Shown one piece after another: positions 38,629-48,355 of a DNA stretch of 64,000 bases. Source of the DNA: Acutalibacteraceae bacterium. GTDB taxonomy: Bacteria > Bacillota > Clostridia > Oscillospirales > Acutalibacteraceae. Location: contig JAZSDF010000083.1 in the NCBI GenBank assembly GCA_045531035.1, positions 4,837 through 68,836 on the forward strand, read 5' to 3'. The notes under the pieces are model-generated. The model was not told the origin of the DNA and did no database searches. It saw nothing but the letters and a program-made list of their open reading frames with translations. A program made the position numbers and the translations under genes. Every line of letters starts with the position of its first letter. The first letter of the stretch is position 1.

Positions 38629-39642
38629 TTAATTTGAGGCATCGATAGGCATTGTTGCGAAGGCGTTGAGTTCCAATCCTGCAATATTGCCTTTTTTCAT
38701 TTCATAAAATGCCTGTGCACCAACCATTGCTGCATTGTCGCCGCAAAGAGACAAATCGGGCATATAAAGCTCCCATCCTTTACAGAAACAAACATCACTC
38801 ATTCTTTTTCTCAATCGGGAATTAGCTGAAACTCCTCCTGCGAGTGCGATTTTTGAATAGCCGAATTCTTCTGCAGCTTTGACTGTATTGTTCACAAGAC
38901 AATCAGCAACAGTTTCAATGCAAGCCGCACCCAAATCAGGTATACTAATTTTTAAATCTTTTTGTTTTGCATTATGAATTATATTTACAACTGCTGTTTT
39001 TAATCCGGAAAAACTGAAATCATAAACACTGCCGTCAACATGAGGATGAGGAAGTTTATACAATTCATGATTACCGTCTTTACTGATTCTGTCAAGATTA
39101 ACTCCACCAGGATAAGGAAGACCCATTGCTCTTGCAGCCTTATCCATGCACTCCCCTGCAGCATCATCTCTTGTTCTTCCGATTATTTCAAAATCGGTAT
39201 AATCTTTGACAGCAACTATATGACTGTGACCTCCCGAAACGACAAGACAAAGAAAAGGAGGTTTAAGTTTCTGAGAAGTAATATAGTTAGCTGCAATATG
39301 TGAACGAAGATGATGAACCGGAACAAGAGGAAGTCCCGTTGAATAAGAAAGTCCTTTTGCAAAGTTAACGCCGACAAGCAAAGCACCGATTAATCCCGGG
39401 GCATAGGTTACTGCAATTGCGTCCAAATCCGAATATTCAACATTCGCATCAGATAACGCTTTGGAAACAACACCGCTTATTGCCTGTGCATGCATCCTTG
39501 ATGCAATTTCAGGAACAACGCCCCCGTAGATAATATGCTCGCTTACTTGCGAAGCTATTACATTTGAAAGAACTATTCTACCGTCCTCAACAACAGCTGC
39601 GGCTGTTTCATCGCAGGATGATTCAATTGCAAGTATTTTCAT
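38629..39642 (-). CDS. tsaD: tRNA threonylcarbamoyltransferase subunit TsaD
   Basis: Motifs IESSCDET, GGVVPEIASR, HHLRSH, VSGGH, DDAAGE, CGDNAAM. Confidence 0.97.
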   Translation of the reverse strand: MKILAIESSCDETAAAVVEDGRIVLSNVIASQVSEHIIYGGVVPEIASRMHAQAISGVVSKALSDANVEYSDLDAIAVTYAPGLIGALLVGVNFAKGLSYSTGLPLVPVHHLRSHIAANYITSQKLKPPFLCLVVSGGHSHIVAVKDYTDFEIIGRTRDDAAGECMDKAARAMGLPYPGGVNLDRISKDGNHELYKLPHPHVDGSVYDFSFSGLKTAVVNIIHNAKQKDLKISIPDLGAACIETVADCLVNNTVKAAEEFGYSKIALAGGVSANSRLRKRMSDVCFCKGWELYMPDLSLCGDNAAMVGAQAFYEMKKGNIAGLELNAFATMPIDASN

Positions 39643-39654
39643 TTTTAACCTCAT

Positions 39655-40095
39655 TTATTTTAAATATTTTGTGTAAATAATTCCGTTTTCAGTCGGATAA
39701 GTATAAAAATTCTTTCTGAAGCCGGCAACTTCAAAGTCTTCCGATTTATATAATGATATAGCAGGTTTGTTGCTTTCTCTGACCTCAAGAGTTATAAAAT
39801 CACAATTTCGTGATAATGCACCCTCAACAGCTTTTTTCAAAAGTGTTCTGCCGATTCTGAGATTTCTGTATTTTTCAAATACGGCAATATTTGTAATATA
39901 TGCTTCACCGCATATTTCCTGAACACCGATATAACCCAGAACTTCTTCTGAATATGCAACAAGAAAATGTGAATTATCATTTTGAAGTTCATTCAAAAAA
40001 GCTTTTTCACTCCAAGGAGAAGAAAAACATTCTTTTTCAAGCAAAGCAATGCACGGAATATGCTCTGCGCTCATCTCAATTATTCTGTACTCCAT
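39655..40095 (-). CDS. rimI: Ribosomal protein S18 N-acetyltransferase-like GNAT
   Basis: Motifs FSSPWS, ITNIAV, LEVRESN, RKNFY. Start ATG 40095. Confidence 0.9.
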   Translation of the reverse strand: MEYRIIEMSAEHIPCIALLEKECFSSPWSEKAFLNELQNDNSHFLVAYSEEVLGYIGVQEICGEAYITNIAVFEKYRNLRIGRTLLKKAVEGALSRNCDFITLEVRESNKPAISLYKSEDFEVAGFRKNFYTYPTENGIIYTKYLK

Positions 40096-40096
40096 C

Positions 40097-40525
40097 TCAG
40101 TCCTCCGAAATAATTTCATCAAACTGTTTTTCAAGTGCAGTCTTAATTAAATTTGCACACATCATATAAGCCTCAATATTGCCTCCGTAAGGATCCGGAA
40201 TACCATTGCCAAGAATAATAATTCTATCACACGGAACATATAAAGACAGACTTGCAGCATGGTCTTTTGTCATACAAACAAACTTATCCGTCTCATCCAA
40301 TATATAGGCAGTAATACGCCTTGCTCTGTGTTCGGAAATATCAACACCAAACCGTTCGCAAGCTTTTACCGAATTAACAGAAACTTCATCACCGGTTATA
40401 GCGAAAAGTCCCGCACTTGAACAAGTTATATTTTCAATATTTTTATCTAAAACAGCTTTTTTGAACAACCCTTCTGCCATGGGACTGCGGCACGTATTAC
40501 CCGTACATACAAATAATATTTTCAT
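40097..40525 (-). CDS. Low-molecular-weight protein arginine/tyrosine phosphatase (YwlE-like)
   Basis: P-loop CTGNTCRS and DPYG motif. Confidence 0.9.
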   Translation of the reverse strand: MKILFVCTGNTCRSPMAEGLFKKAVLDKNIENITCSSAGLFAITGDEVSVNSVKACERFGVDISEHRARRITAYILDETDKFVCMTKDHAASLSLYVPCDRIIILGNGIPDPYGGNIEAYMMCANLIKTALEKQFDEIISED

Positions 40526-40534
40526 CTTTTCACA

Positions 40535-43111
40535 TCACTTTGAATCATACCATGTTTTTCCAATACCGACATCAGCCTGCATTTCAACCTGCATTTTAAC
40601 TGCATTTTCCATCTCACGCTTTACAATTCCAGCAACCATCTGAGCCTCTGACTCGGGAGCTTCAACAATAAGCTCATCGTGTACCTGCATAATAAGTTTT
40701 GCATTAAGACATTGTTCTTTAAGGCAACTATAAACTTTTATCATTGCAATTTTAATAATATCGGCGGCAGTACCCTGAATAGGCATATTAAGGGCAACTC
40801 TTTCACCGAAAGCACGCATCATTGCATTTGAGGAAGTCAGTTCGGGAAGATATCTTCGTCTTGCAAAAACAGTTTCAACATAACCGTTTTCCTTTGCTCT
40901 TTCAACAACATCTTTCATATATTTCTGAACACCACTGAAATGAGCGAGATATCCTTTGATATAACTGTCAGCCTCGGCTCTTGTAACACCGATATCTTTA
41001 GAAAGCGAAAATGCACCGATGCCGTAAACAATTCCGAAATTAACTGCTTTTGCACGGCTTCTCATCAATGGAGTAACCATCATAAGTGGCATGTTAAAAA
41101 CCTGAGAAGCAGTTATGGCATGAATATCGTCGCCGTTATTAAAGGCATCGATCATATTTTTGTCATTTGCCATATGGGCAAGAACACGAAGTTCAATCTG
41201 CGAATAGTCAGCATCAACCAAAACACAACCGTCCTTGGCCTTGAAAAATTTTCTCATTTCTCTGCCAAGTTCCGAACGCACAGGAATATTCTGAAGATTG
41301 GGTTCTGCCGAAGATATTCTGCCTGTTCTCGTTTCAGTCTGATTGAGCTTTGAATGTATTCTTCCGTCGTCACCTATAACCTTGAGCAAGCCTTCACAGT
41401 AAGTTGATTTAAGCTTTGCAAGTGTTCTGTATTCAAGGATTTTTGCAACAACAGGATAATCCTGAGCCAATCCTTCAAGGACATCGGCATTTGTAGAATA
41501 GCCGTTCTTTGTTTTTTTCTTTGCAGGAAGTCCCATTTTTTCAAACAAAGCCTCTCCAAGTTGTTTTGGAGAATTAAGATTGAATTCATAACCGACTTCA
41601 TTGTATATTTCTGAAACAAGTGTTTCAATTTTAATCTGAAGGTCATTTCCAAACAATTCTATGCCCTTCGCATCAACCAAAAAACCTTCTCTTTCCATTG
41701 ATGCAAGAACCTTCGAAAGAGGCAGCTCTATTTCTTCAAGCAATTTTCTCTGATTGTGCTCATTAATAAGCTTATCAAGGTTTTTAAATACAGTCGGAAG
41801 ATATGCGGTATAAAAAGCAATAGTATTTTCTTCATCGAATACATCCGAAACAGCATATTCAGCAATAATTCTTTTCAATTCATACGCACCTGATGAAGGA
41901 TTGATAAGATATGATGAAAGCATAGCATCGCCTTTGATGTTATTGATTTCGATGTCATTGCCGTAATCATAGAAAAATGAATATAACTGTTTCACATTAT
42001 ATGTGAATTTATCAATCTCTTTCGAAAAAAGAAAATCTGTGCAAAATTCAACATATCCGTTGTTTTCGGGATTAACCTTCAAAACACCGTTGTCGGAAGC
42101 AAAATAGAATTCTCCGTTATCAAATATAAAATATGCTTTCCCGTTTTTTTTCAGCATATTGAACATAAGCTTCAAATCTTCCTGTTCAAAACAGTCTGTA
42201 CAAACCGTTTCAATCTTTTTTCCGTTGTTTTTGTTTTCGGGAGCTTTGAAATTGAATCGTTCAATCATTTTATACATTTCAAGGTCTGCAAGAATGTTAG
42301 TAGCCTTGAATGTATCGGGTTCGGAAGGAGTATATGATTCATAACTGCCGTCAACAGGTGCATCCGTGCGGATTGTTCCCAAATCACGGCTTAAGTACGC
42401 CATATCCTTGTCATTGACAAGCTTATCATGAACACCCTTTTTAATATCAATTGAATCGATTTCTGCATAAATCTTATCAATTGAACCGAAACGGCTGATT
42501 AAATCCTGCGCAGTTTTCTGACCGATACCCGCAACACCGGGAATACAATCGGACGTATCACCCATAAGTGCCTTGATATCAATCATCTGTTCGGGTGAAA
42601 CAAAATATTCCTCTTTGATTTTATCACAGTCATATTTAACAGTCTGAGGTCTGCCCATTTTGGTTGAGGCAAGAAGAACATTGACATTATCCCTTACAAG
42701 TTGAAGTGAGTCACGGTCGCCCGTTGCAATATAGCAGAAATCATCATCCTTACAATTTGCCGCAAGAGTTCCGAGAATATCATCAGCTTCCCAACCCGGA
42801 GCTTCAAGAATTTTATATCCGAGGGTTGACAAAAGTTCTTTAAGAACGGGCATCTGCTGTGCAAGCTCGGGAGGCATGCCCTTTCTGTTGGCTTTATAAC
42901 CCGAATAGATCTCATGTCTGAATGTAGGTGCCTTAACATCAAAAGCTATTGCGACTGCATCGGGAGTAACCTCCTCCTGCAATCTTAAAAGTATATTCAA
43001 AAATCCGTAAATTCCGTTTGTAAATTTAGTTCCGTCTTTGGTGGTAAGAAGTTTTATTCCGTAAAATGCACGGTTAAGTATACTGTTACCGTCAAGTGCC
43101 AAAAGCTTCAT
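40535..43111 (-). CDS. polA: DNA polymerase I
   Basis: 5'-3' exonuclease motifs (DGNSILNRAF, EADD, GDRD); motif A DYSQIELR, motif B KAVNFGIVYG, motif C VHDE. Confidence 0.98.
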   Translation of the reverse strand: MKLLALDGNSILNRAFYGIKLLTTKDGTKFTNGIYGFLNILLRLQEEVTPDAVAIAFDVKAPTFRHEIYSGYKANRKGMPPELAQQMPVLKELLSTLGYKILEAPGWEADDILGTLAANCKDDDFCYIATGDRDSLQLVRDNVNVLLASTKMGRPQTVKYDCDKIKEEYFVSPEQMIDIKALMGDTSDCIPGVAGIGQKTAQDLISRFGSIDKIYAEIDSIDIKKGVHDKLVNDKDMAYLSRDLGTIRTDAPVDGSYESYTPSEPDTFKATNILADLEMYKMIERFNFKAPENKNNGKKIETVCTDCFEQEDLKLMFNMLKKNGKAYFIFDNGEFYFASDNGVLKVNPENNGYVEFCTDFLFSKEIDKFTYNVKQLYSFFYDYGNDIEINNIKGDAMLSSYLINPSSGAYELKRIIAEYAVSDVFDEENTIAFYTAYLPTVFKNLDKLINEHNQRKLLEEIELPLSKVLASMEREGFLVDAKGIELFGNDLQIKIETLVSEIYNEVGYEFNLNSPKQLGEALFEKMGLPAKKKTKNGYSTNADVLEGLAQDYPVVAKILEYRTLAKLKSTYCEGLLKVIGDDGRIHSKLNQTETRTGRISSAEPNLQNIPVRSELGREMRKFFKAKDGCVLVDADYSQIELRVLAHMANDKNMIDAFNNGDDIHAITASQVFNMPLMMVTPLMRSRAKAVNFGIVYGIGAFSLSKDIGVTRAEADSYIKGYLAHFSGVQKYMKDVVERAKENGYVETVFARRRYLPELTSSNAMMRAFGERVALNMPIQGTAADIIKIAMIKVYSCLKEQCLNAKLIMQVHDELIVEAPESEAQMVAGIVKREMENAVKMQVEMQADVGIGKTWYDSK

Positions 43112-43235
43112 TCCAAATCACCTCATTTTACAGTATAACATATAATTTGTAAATTTCATCATTTTTTTGAAAATTATTGAAATTAATTTATCGAAATGGT
43201 AAAATTAGTTATATAAATCTGCACGAGGAAAAAAG

Positions 43236-44207
43236 ATGAAGATAAACAATATTGAATTAAACGGATATGCTGCACTTGCACCCATGGCAGGTGTAGCCGA
43301 CAGAGCTTTTCGAGAAATATGTATCGAATTCGGAGCTTCATATGTTGTAACCGAAATGGTAAGCTCAAAGGGTCTTACAATGCATGACAGAAAATCTGAT
43401 TCTCTTATGTTTCTCGGTGAAAATGAAAAACCTGCCGCTGTTCAAATTTTCGGAAATGAACCCGTAACAATGGCTGAAGCAGCAAAAAAAGCCGTTCAGA
43501 CCGGTTGCTGTGCAATAGATATTAACATGGGTTGCCCTGCACCGAAAATTTCAGGTAACGGCGGAGGCTCTGCACTTATGAAGGAACCGGATTTAGCCGC
43601 AAGAATAACCGAAGCTGTTGTTAAAGCTGTAGATTTGCCTGTTACTGTCAAATTCCGTTCAGGATGGGACGAATACAATATCAATGCAGTTGAATTTGCA
43701 AAAATGCAGGAAAACGCAGGTGCCTCAATAATCACCGTTCACGGAAGAACAAGAAAACAGATGTACGCACCTCCCGTTAATATCGACATAATCAGGCAAG
43801 TTAAAGAAGCGGTTAATATTCCCGTAATCGGAAACGGAGATATCGTCGATATTTATTCCGCCGAAAACATGTATAAATCAACAGGAAGTGATTTTATTAT
43901 GGTCGGCAGAGGTGCTCTCGGTTCACCTTGGATTTTCAGACAAATTAATGAATATTTAAAAAACGGCAAAATAATTCCCGAGCCCTCCATTGAAGAGAAA
44001 ATGAACATCATGATTAAACATATTGAAAAGCTTTGTGAATACAAAGGCAATTATATCGGAATGAGAGAAGCAAGGAAACACTCAGGTTGGTACATCAAAG
44101 GAATCAGAGGCGCTGCTGCTTTAAGGCAGGAAATCGGTTCTCTTGAAAATATGAACCAGCTTAAAACCATTGCGGAAAAAGTAATAAATTCATCTGTTGC
44201 TAATTAA
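43236..44207 (+). CDS. dusB: tRNA-dihydrouridine synthase DusB
   Basis: Motifs LAPMAGV, DINMGCP, TVHGRT, GNGDI, GRG..G.PW. Confidence 0.95.
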   Translation: MKINNIELNGYAALAPMAGVADRAFREICIEFGASYVVTEMVSSKGLTMHDRKSDSLMFLGENEKPAAVQIFGNEPVTMAEAAKKAVQTGCCAIDINMGCPAPKISGNGGGSALMKEPDLAARITEAVVKAVDLPVTVKFRSGWDEYNINAVEFAKMQENAGASIITVHGRTRKQMYAPPVNIDIIRQVKEAVNIPVIGNGDIVDIYSAENMYKSTGSDFIMVGRGALGSPWIFRQINEYLKNGKIIPEPSIEEKMNIMIKHIEKLCEYKGNYIGMREARKHSGWYIKGIRGAAALRQEIGSLENMNQLKTIAEKVINSSVAN

Positions 44208-44326
44208 CAAATCAATTTAATTCTTTTTGTGAATTATGACAAAAATCTATAAAATAGATTATGCGGTATTGATAAATTATCTTTTTTTATGTTAATATTA
44301 ATATCATCTATTGAGGAGAGATCTTT

Positions 44327-45658
44327 ATGTTTATGACAATTTTAATGAAATTCATCGGTCTTTTGCTTGCGATAATAACACCGCTTGCATCACTCGTTGT
44401 TGCTACTCCGTTTGCTCCGCTTGATAAAAGCGTTGATAATGCTGAAGAAAAGGTCGGAGGATTCATGAAGGGTGTCTGCCACGCTGACCCTCAGTACGAC
44501 CTTCTCAACGAAGCAGGTATAGAATGGTTCCGCGACGATATTCCCTTCCCTTATGACAAAAACGGTAAGCTTTCGGAAAGTTATAAAAACTGGAAAAAGG
44601 AAAGTGCCGAATTTGTTAAGAACGGTATCAGAATTTTCGGTATCACTCCTTATCCCGATGATTATATTGAGTATGGTCTTGACCCCCGTAATCCCGAAAA
44701 CAGAGAAGCAATCCAGGACATTGCAAGATTCTACATGAACGACCTTAAAGGTATTGTCGGTGCTTTCCAGGTAACAAATGAAATGGGTATTGACCGTTTC
44801 ACCCTTCCGCTCACTCTTGATGAGGCTGCCGAATTTATCGGTATGCAGCTCGAAGCAATGTATCCCATCAGAGGTGATGTTATCATCGGATACAACCTTG
44901 GCGGTCTTTCAATTATTTCTCTCCCGTTCAAAATGATGAAATATCACAAATACTGCGACTATGTCGGTCTTGATATGTATCTCGGTTGCTTTGAACCCGT
45001 GCTTAAAAACGCTAACCAGTATATTACCATTCTCAATTTTGTCAGAAGAGTTACAAATAAGCCCATAATCATGTGTGAGTTCGGTTATATCGGTTACGGT
45101 GAACCCAAATCAAGTGCTGATAAAACTGCCATTCTCAAAAAATACGGCTACAACTCCGAAGCTGACGCAAGAAAAGATATTGATAATTTCATCAATAATC
45201 TTCCCAAAGATATGAAGGAAGAGATTATTGAAGATTACAGCGACAGAACTCCCGAAGAACGTGCCGATCTTATTTTTGAAGGAGAATATTCAAATCATCT
45301 TTATTGTGAGCTTGCCGAAGGTTTTGGACTTTACGGTTTTGAACATACTCCCGAAGGACAGGCCGATTTCTACAGATACATAATCCCCAAAATCATGGAA
45401 GTTGATTACGTTATCGGTGCATTTGTTTATTGCTGGGGTGACAGCGACAGCTGTTATGTTTGCGGTCAGGCGGATTGCCCCGTTGAAACCGGATGGGGAC
45501 TTGTTGACGGTGTAGGCAGACCCAAACCCTCATACTATGCTGTAAAAGAAGCTTTCAAGTATGTTACTTTGAAAGACAGAGTAAAGAATAAAATTGAAGC
45601 AGCAAAAAAATATGACCGGGAAACCGTTCAGGAATTAAAAGAACTCTTCGATTTTTAA
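44327..45658 (+). CDS. Exported TIM-barrel glycoside hydrolase-like protein (clan GH-A-like, family unassigned)
   Basis: Hydrophobic N-terminus; putative acid/base QVTNE, nucleophile PIIMCEFGY, and GAFVYCW...WGLVD...KP C-terminal pattern. Confidence 0.6.
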   Translation: MFMTILMKFIGLLLAIITPLASLVVATPFAPLDKSVDNAEEKVGGFMKGVCHADPQYDLLNEAGIEWFRDDIPFPYDKNGKLSESYKNWKKESAEFVKNGIRIFGITPYPDDYIEYGLDPRNPENREAIQDIARFYMNDLKGIVGAFQVTNEMGIDRFTLPLTLDEAAEFIGMQLEAMYPIRGDVIIGYNLGGLSIISLPFKMMKYHKYCDYVGLDMYLGCFEPVLKNANQYITILNFVRRVTNKPIIMCEFGYIGYGEPKSSADKTAILKKYGYNSEADARKDIDNFINNLPKDMKEEIIEDYSDRTPEERADLIFEGEYSNHLYCELAEGFGLYGFEHTPEGQADFYRYIIPKIMEVDYVIGAFVYCWGDSDSCYVCGQADCPVETGWGLVDGVGRPKPSYYAVKEAFKYVTLKDRVKNKIEAAKKYDRETVQELKELFDF

Positions 45659-45664
45659 ACCATT

Positions 45665-45696
45665 GCCGTGTTCGCTTATGTGAGCGCGGCTTTTTT
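45665..45696 (+). terminator. Intrinsic terminator
   Basis: GCCGTGTTCGC-TTAT-GTGAGCGCGGC followed by TTTTTT. Confidence 0.75.
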
Positions 45697-45704
45697 AAAT
45701 TATT

Positions 45705-45733
45705 TTGACAATATTAATATGATATGATAAAAT
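45705..45733 (+). promoter_or_regulatory. Putative sigma-A promoter of nadE
   Basis: TTGACA-N17-TAAAAT with extended -10 TG. Confidence 0.65.
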
Positions 45734-45757
45734 GCAGATAATAATCTAAAAGAAGGT

Positions 45758-47701
45758 ATGCTTATGTTTGATTATTTCAGAATTGCTTGCGCCGTACCCG
45801 ATGTTGAAGTTGCTGATGTAGACTTTAATGTTAAACAAATGAAAAAATACATTGCTGAAGCAAAACAAAATAATGTTGATTTGCTTATATTTCCCGAGCT
45901 CGGAGTAACGGGATATACCTGTGCAGATTTGTTTTTTCAATCAACACTTATCAAAGAAACGGCTTACGGTATCAGAGAAATTGTTGAGTATAGCATTGAC
46001 TCAGATACGGTAATAGGTGTCGGTGCGCCCGTTATGATAAACGGCTCGCTATATAATTGTGCTGTCATTATTTATAACGGCGGAATATATGGTATTGTTC
46101 CGAAAAAAATCATATCTAACTCCGGTGAGTTTTCTGAAAAAAGATATTTTGATTCATCACACAATCTTAATACTGATATAATCAACTCAGAATATTTTTC
46201 TCTTGAAGACGAATATGATATTCCACTTGGTAACGGTGTTTTCTATGTCAAGGGAGCAAAAATCGGCTTTGAAATCTGCGAAGATTTATTTGCACTTTCC
46301 CCTGTCAGCACGGATTTGTGCCTTTCAGGTGCAGAAATAATCGCTAATCTTTCCGCAAGTAACGAAACTGTCGGAAAACGCACCAAAAGAATTGACCTTG
46401 TAAAAAATCAATCTTCAAAAGGTATCTGTGCTTATGCTTTTTGTTCTGCCGGATGCAAAGAATCAACATCTGAACTTGTTTTTTCGGGACACAGCCTTAT
46501 TGCAGAAAACGGAAAAATCATTGCAGAGCAAAACGAAAGCATCGCTTCTGATTATATGATAATAAGCGATGTTGACCTTGGTATAATCCGTCACGACAGA
46601 TTAATAAACACAGCGTTTGCCGATTGCAAATCATATTATAAATCTAACCTTGATAATTATTTTGTGACCGATGATGTTTCGGATTCCGACGGAGAATTTG
46701 CAAATGTTTCAAAACTCCCGTTTATTCCTTCAACAGCTTCGGAAAGAACAGAAAGATGTCTTTCAATATTTACTATGCAGGTTAACGGACTCAAGAAAAG
46801 ACTTCAAAAAACAGGATGCAAACCCGTAATCGGAATTTCGGGCGGTCTCGATTCAACGCTTGCTCTTCTTGTTGCAGTTGAAGCCGTCAAATCCCTCGGC
46901 AAACCCGTAACCGATGTTGTCGGCATTACAATGCCCTGCTTTGGCACAACAGGCAGAACCTACAACAACGCAGTTTCTCTTATGAAATCACTCGGTATAA
47001 CTAACCTTGAAATCAATATTAAAGACGCATGTATTCAGCATTTCAAGGATATCGGTCATGATGAAAATACATTCGACCTTACCTATGAAAATTCTCAGGC
47101 AAGAGAAAGAACTCAGGTTCTTATGGATTACGCAGGAAAAATCGGCGGTCTTGTTATCGGCACGGGAGATATGAGTGAAATGGCACTCGGATGGTGCACT
47201 TACAACGGCGACCACATGAGCATGTACGGAGTAAATTCGGGAATTCCGAAGTCACTTATAAGATGGATTATCGACAGCCTGATTAACAGCGGTTATTTTG
47301 CGGAAAGCAAAGAATATCTTATTGATATTGTCAATACACCTATAAGTCCCGAGCTTCTTCCTCCTGATGCTAAAGGCGAAATCGCACAGCAGACAGAAAG
47401 TATTGTCGGGCCTTATGCGCTTCACGATTTCTTCCTTTATAACGTTATTCGCTACGGATTTGATCCTGACAAGATTTATTTCCTCGCAAAAAAAGCTTTC
47501 AAGAATGATTTTGACGATGAAACAATCCTGAAATGGCTCAAAACATTCTACAGAAGATTTTTCTCACAGCAATTCAAAAGAAGCTGTATGCCGGACGGCA
47601 TAAAAATAGGTTCGGTGGGAATTTCTCCCTCTTCAGATTTGAAAATGCCGAGCGACGCATGTGCTGATATCTGGCTAAAAAAACTTGATAATCTCAAATA
47701 A
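45758..47701 (+). CDS. nadE: Glutamine-dependent NAD(+) synthetase
   Basis: Nitrilase domain (FPEL, PK, EICEDL) fused to synthetase (GISGGLDST, ENSQARER, GTGDMSE, ISPEL, QFKR). Start may be 45764. Confidence 0.96.
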   Translation: MLMFDYFRIACAVPDVEVADVDFNVKQMKKYIAEAKQNNVDLLIFPELGVTGYTCADLFFQSTLIKETAYGIREIVEYSIDSDTVIGVGAPVMINGSLYNCAVIIYNGGIYGIVPKKIISNSGEFSEKRYFDSSHNLNTDIINSEYFSLEDEYDIPLGNGVFYVKGAKIGFEICEDLFALSPVSTDLCLSGAEIIANLSASNETVGKRTKRIDLVKNQSSKGICAYAFCSAGCKESTSELVFSGHSLIAENGKIIAEQNESIASDYMIISDVDLGIIRHDRLINTAFADCKSYYKSNLDNYFVTDDVSDSDGEFANVSKLPFIPSTASERTERCLSIFTMQVNGLKKRLQKTGCKPVIGISGGLDSTLALLVAVEAVKSLGKPVTDVVGITMPCFGTTGRTYNNAVSLMKSLGITNLEINIKDACIQHFKDIGHDENTFDLTYENSQARERTQVLMDYAGKIGGLVIGTGDMSEMALGWCTYNGDHMSMYGVNSGIPKSLIRWIIDSLINSGYFAESKEYLIDIVNTPISPELLPPDAKGEIAQQTESIVGPYALHDFFLYNVIRYGFDPDKIYFLAKKAFKNDFDDETILKWLKTFYRRFFSQQFKRSCMPDGIKIGSVGISPSSDLKMPSDACADIWLKKLDNLK

Positions 47702-47741
47702 TTTTTTTCGGCAGGATAATTATGTCCTGCCGAAAATTTTT
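47702..47741 (+). terminator. Intrinsic terminator after nadE
   Basis: TTTTCGGCAGGA-N8-TCCTGCCGAAAA followed by a T-run. Confidence 0.8.
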
Positions 47742-47752
47742 TCATAATTTGG

Positions 47753-47779
47753 TGAGTGTTTTTACCGTTTTTAACGAAT
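47753..47779 (+). promoter_or_regulatory. Putative autoregulatory ECF-sigma promoter
   Basis: TGAGTG-N16-CGAAT upstream of the ECF gene; same geometry as TGAAAC-N16-CGTA ECF promoters; no sigma-A consensus visible. Confidence 0.4.
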
Positions 47780-47812
47780 AATAGGTGAAACACTTATCCG
47801 GGAGGTGTTCCG

Positions 47813-48355
47813 ATGGACAACGGTGAAAGTAGCTACCGCCGTTTTCTTGACGGAGATGAAAGTGCATTTCGTGAAATTCTCGATATGTACAGTGAAAATT
47901 TAATATTCTTCATTAACCGTTATGTTAACAACATTTCAATCGCTCAGGAGCTTTCCGAGGATGTGTTTGTTGAAATTCTCTTACATAAAAAAAGATATAA
48001 TTTTAAAACATCACTGAAAACATATTTGTTTACAATCGGGCGAAACAAAGCGGTAAGTTATCTTCGTCGTTGTGCCCGTAAACCCGAATATGCTTATGCG
48101 TATGTTGAAGACGAGGCGGACAGAAAAAATATTGAGGATGAATTTATCCGAAAAGAACGTGAAAGAGAATTGCATCAGGCAATCAGCAGGCTGAACAATG
48201 ATTATAAAACCGTTTTGCATCTTGTTTATTTTGAAGAAATGAGTGCAGCTGAAGCGGCGGCGGTTATGAAGAAAAACAAAAAACAGATTGAAAACCTGTT
48301 ATACAGAGCAAAACAAGCTCTCAGAAAAGAGCTTGAAAGTGAGGTGAAGCTTTAA
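47813..48355 (+). CDS. ECF (sigma-70 group 4) RNA polymerase sigma factor
   Basis: Region 2 (AQELSEDVF, LKTYLFTIGRNKA) and region 4 (LHLVYFEEMSAAEAA...NLLYRAKQALR); GGAGGT RBS. Confidence 0.95.
   Translation: MDNGESSYRRFLDGDESAFREILDMYSENLIFFINRYVNNISIAQELSEDVFVEILLHKKRYNFKTSLKTYLFTIGRNKAVSYLRRCARKPEYAYAYVEDEADRKNIEDEFIRKERERELHQAISRLNNDYKTVLHLVYFEEMSAAEAAAVMKKNKKQIENLLYRAKQALRKELESEVKL

Noticed and set aside
44224-44245. TTGTGAA-N3-TGACAA as a Rex operator (also a TTGTTAA half-site in the pckG leader)
   Set aside because: Spacing and second half-site do not fit the 18-bp Rex consensus; kept only as an unassigned palindrome.
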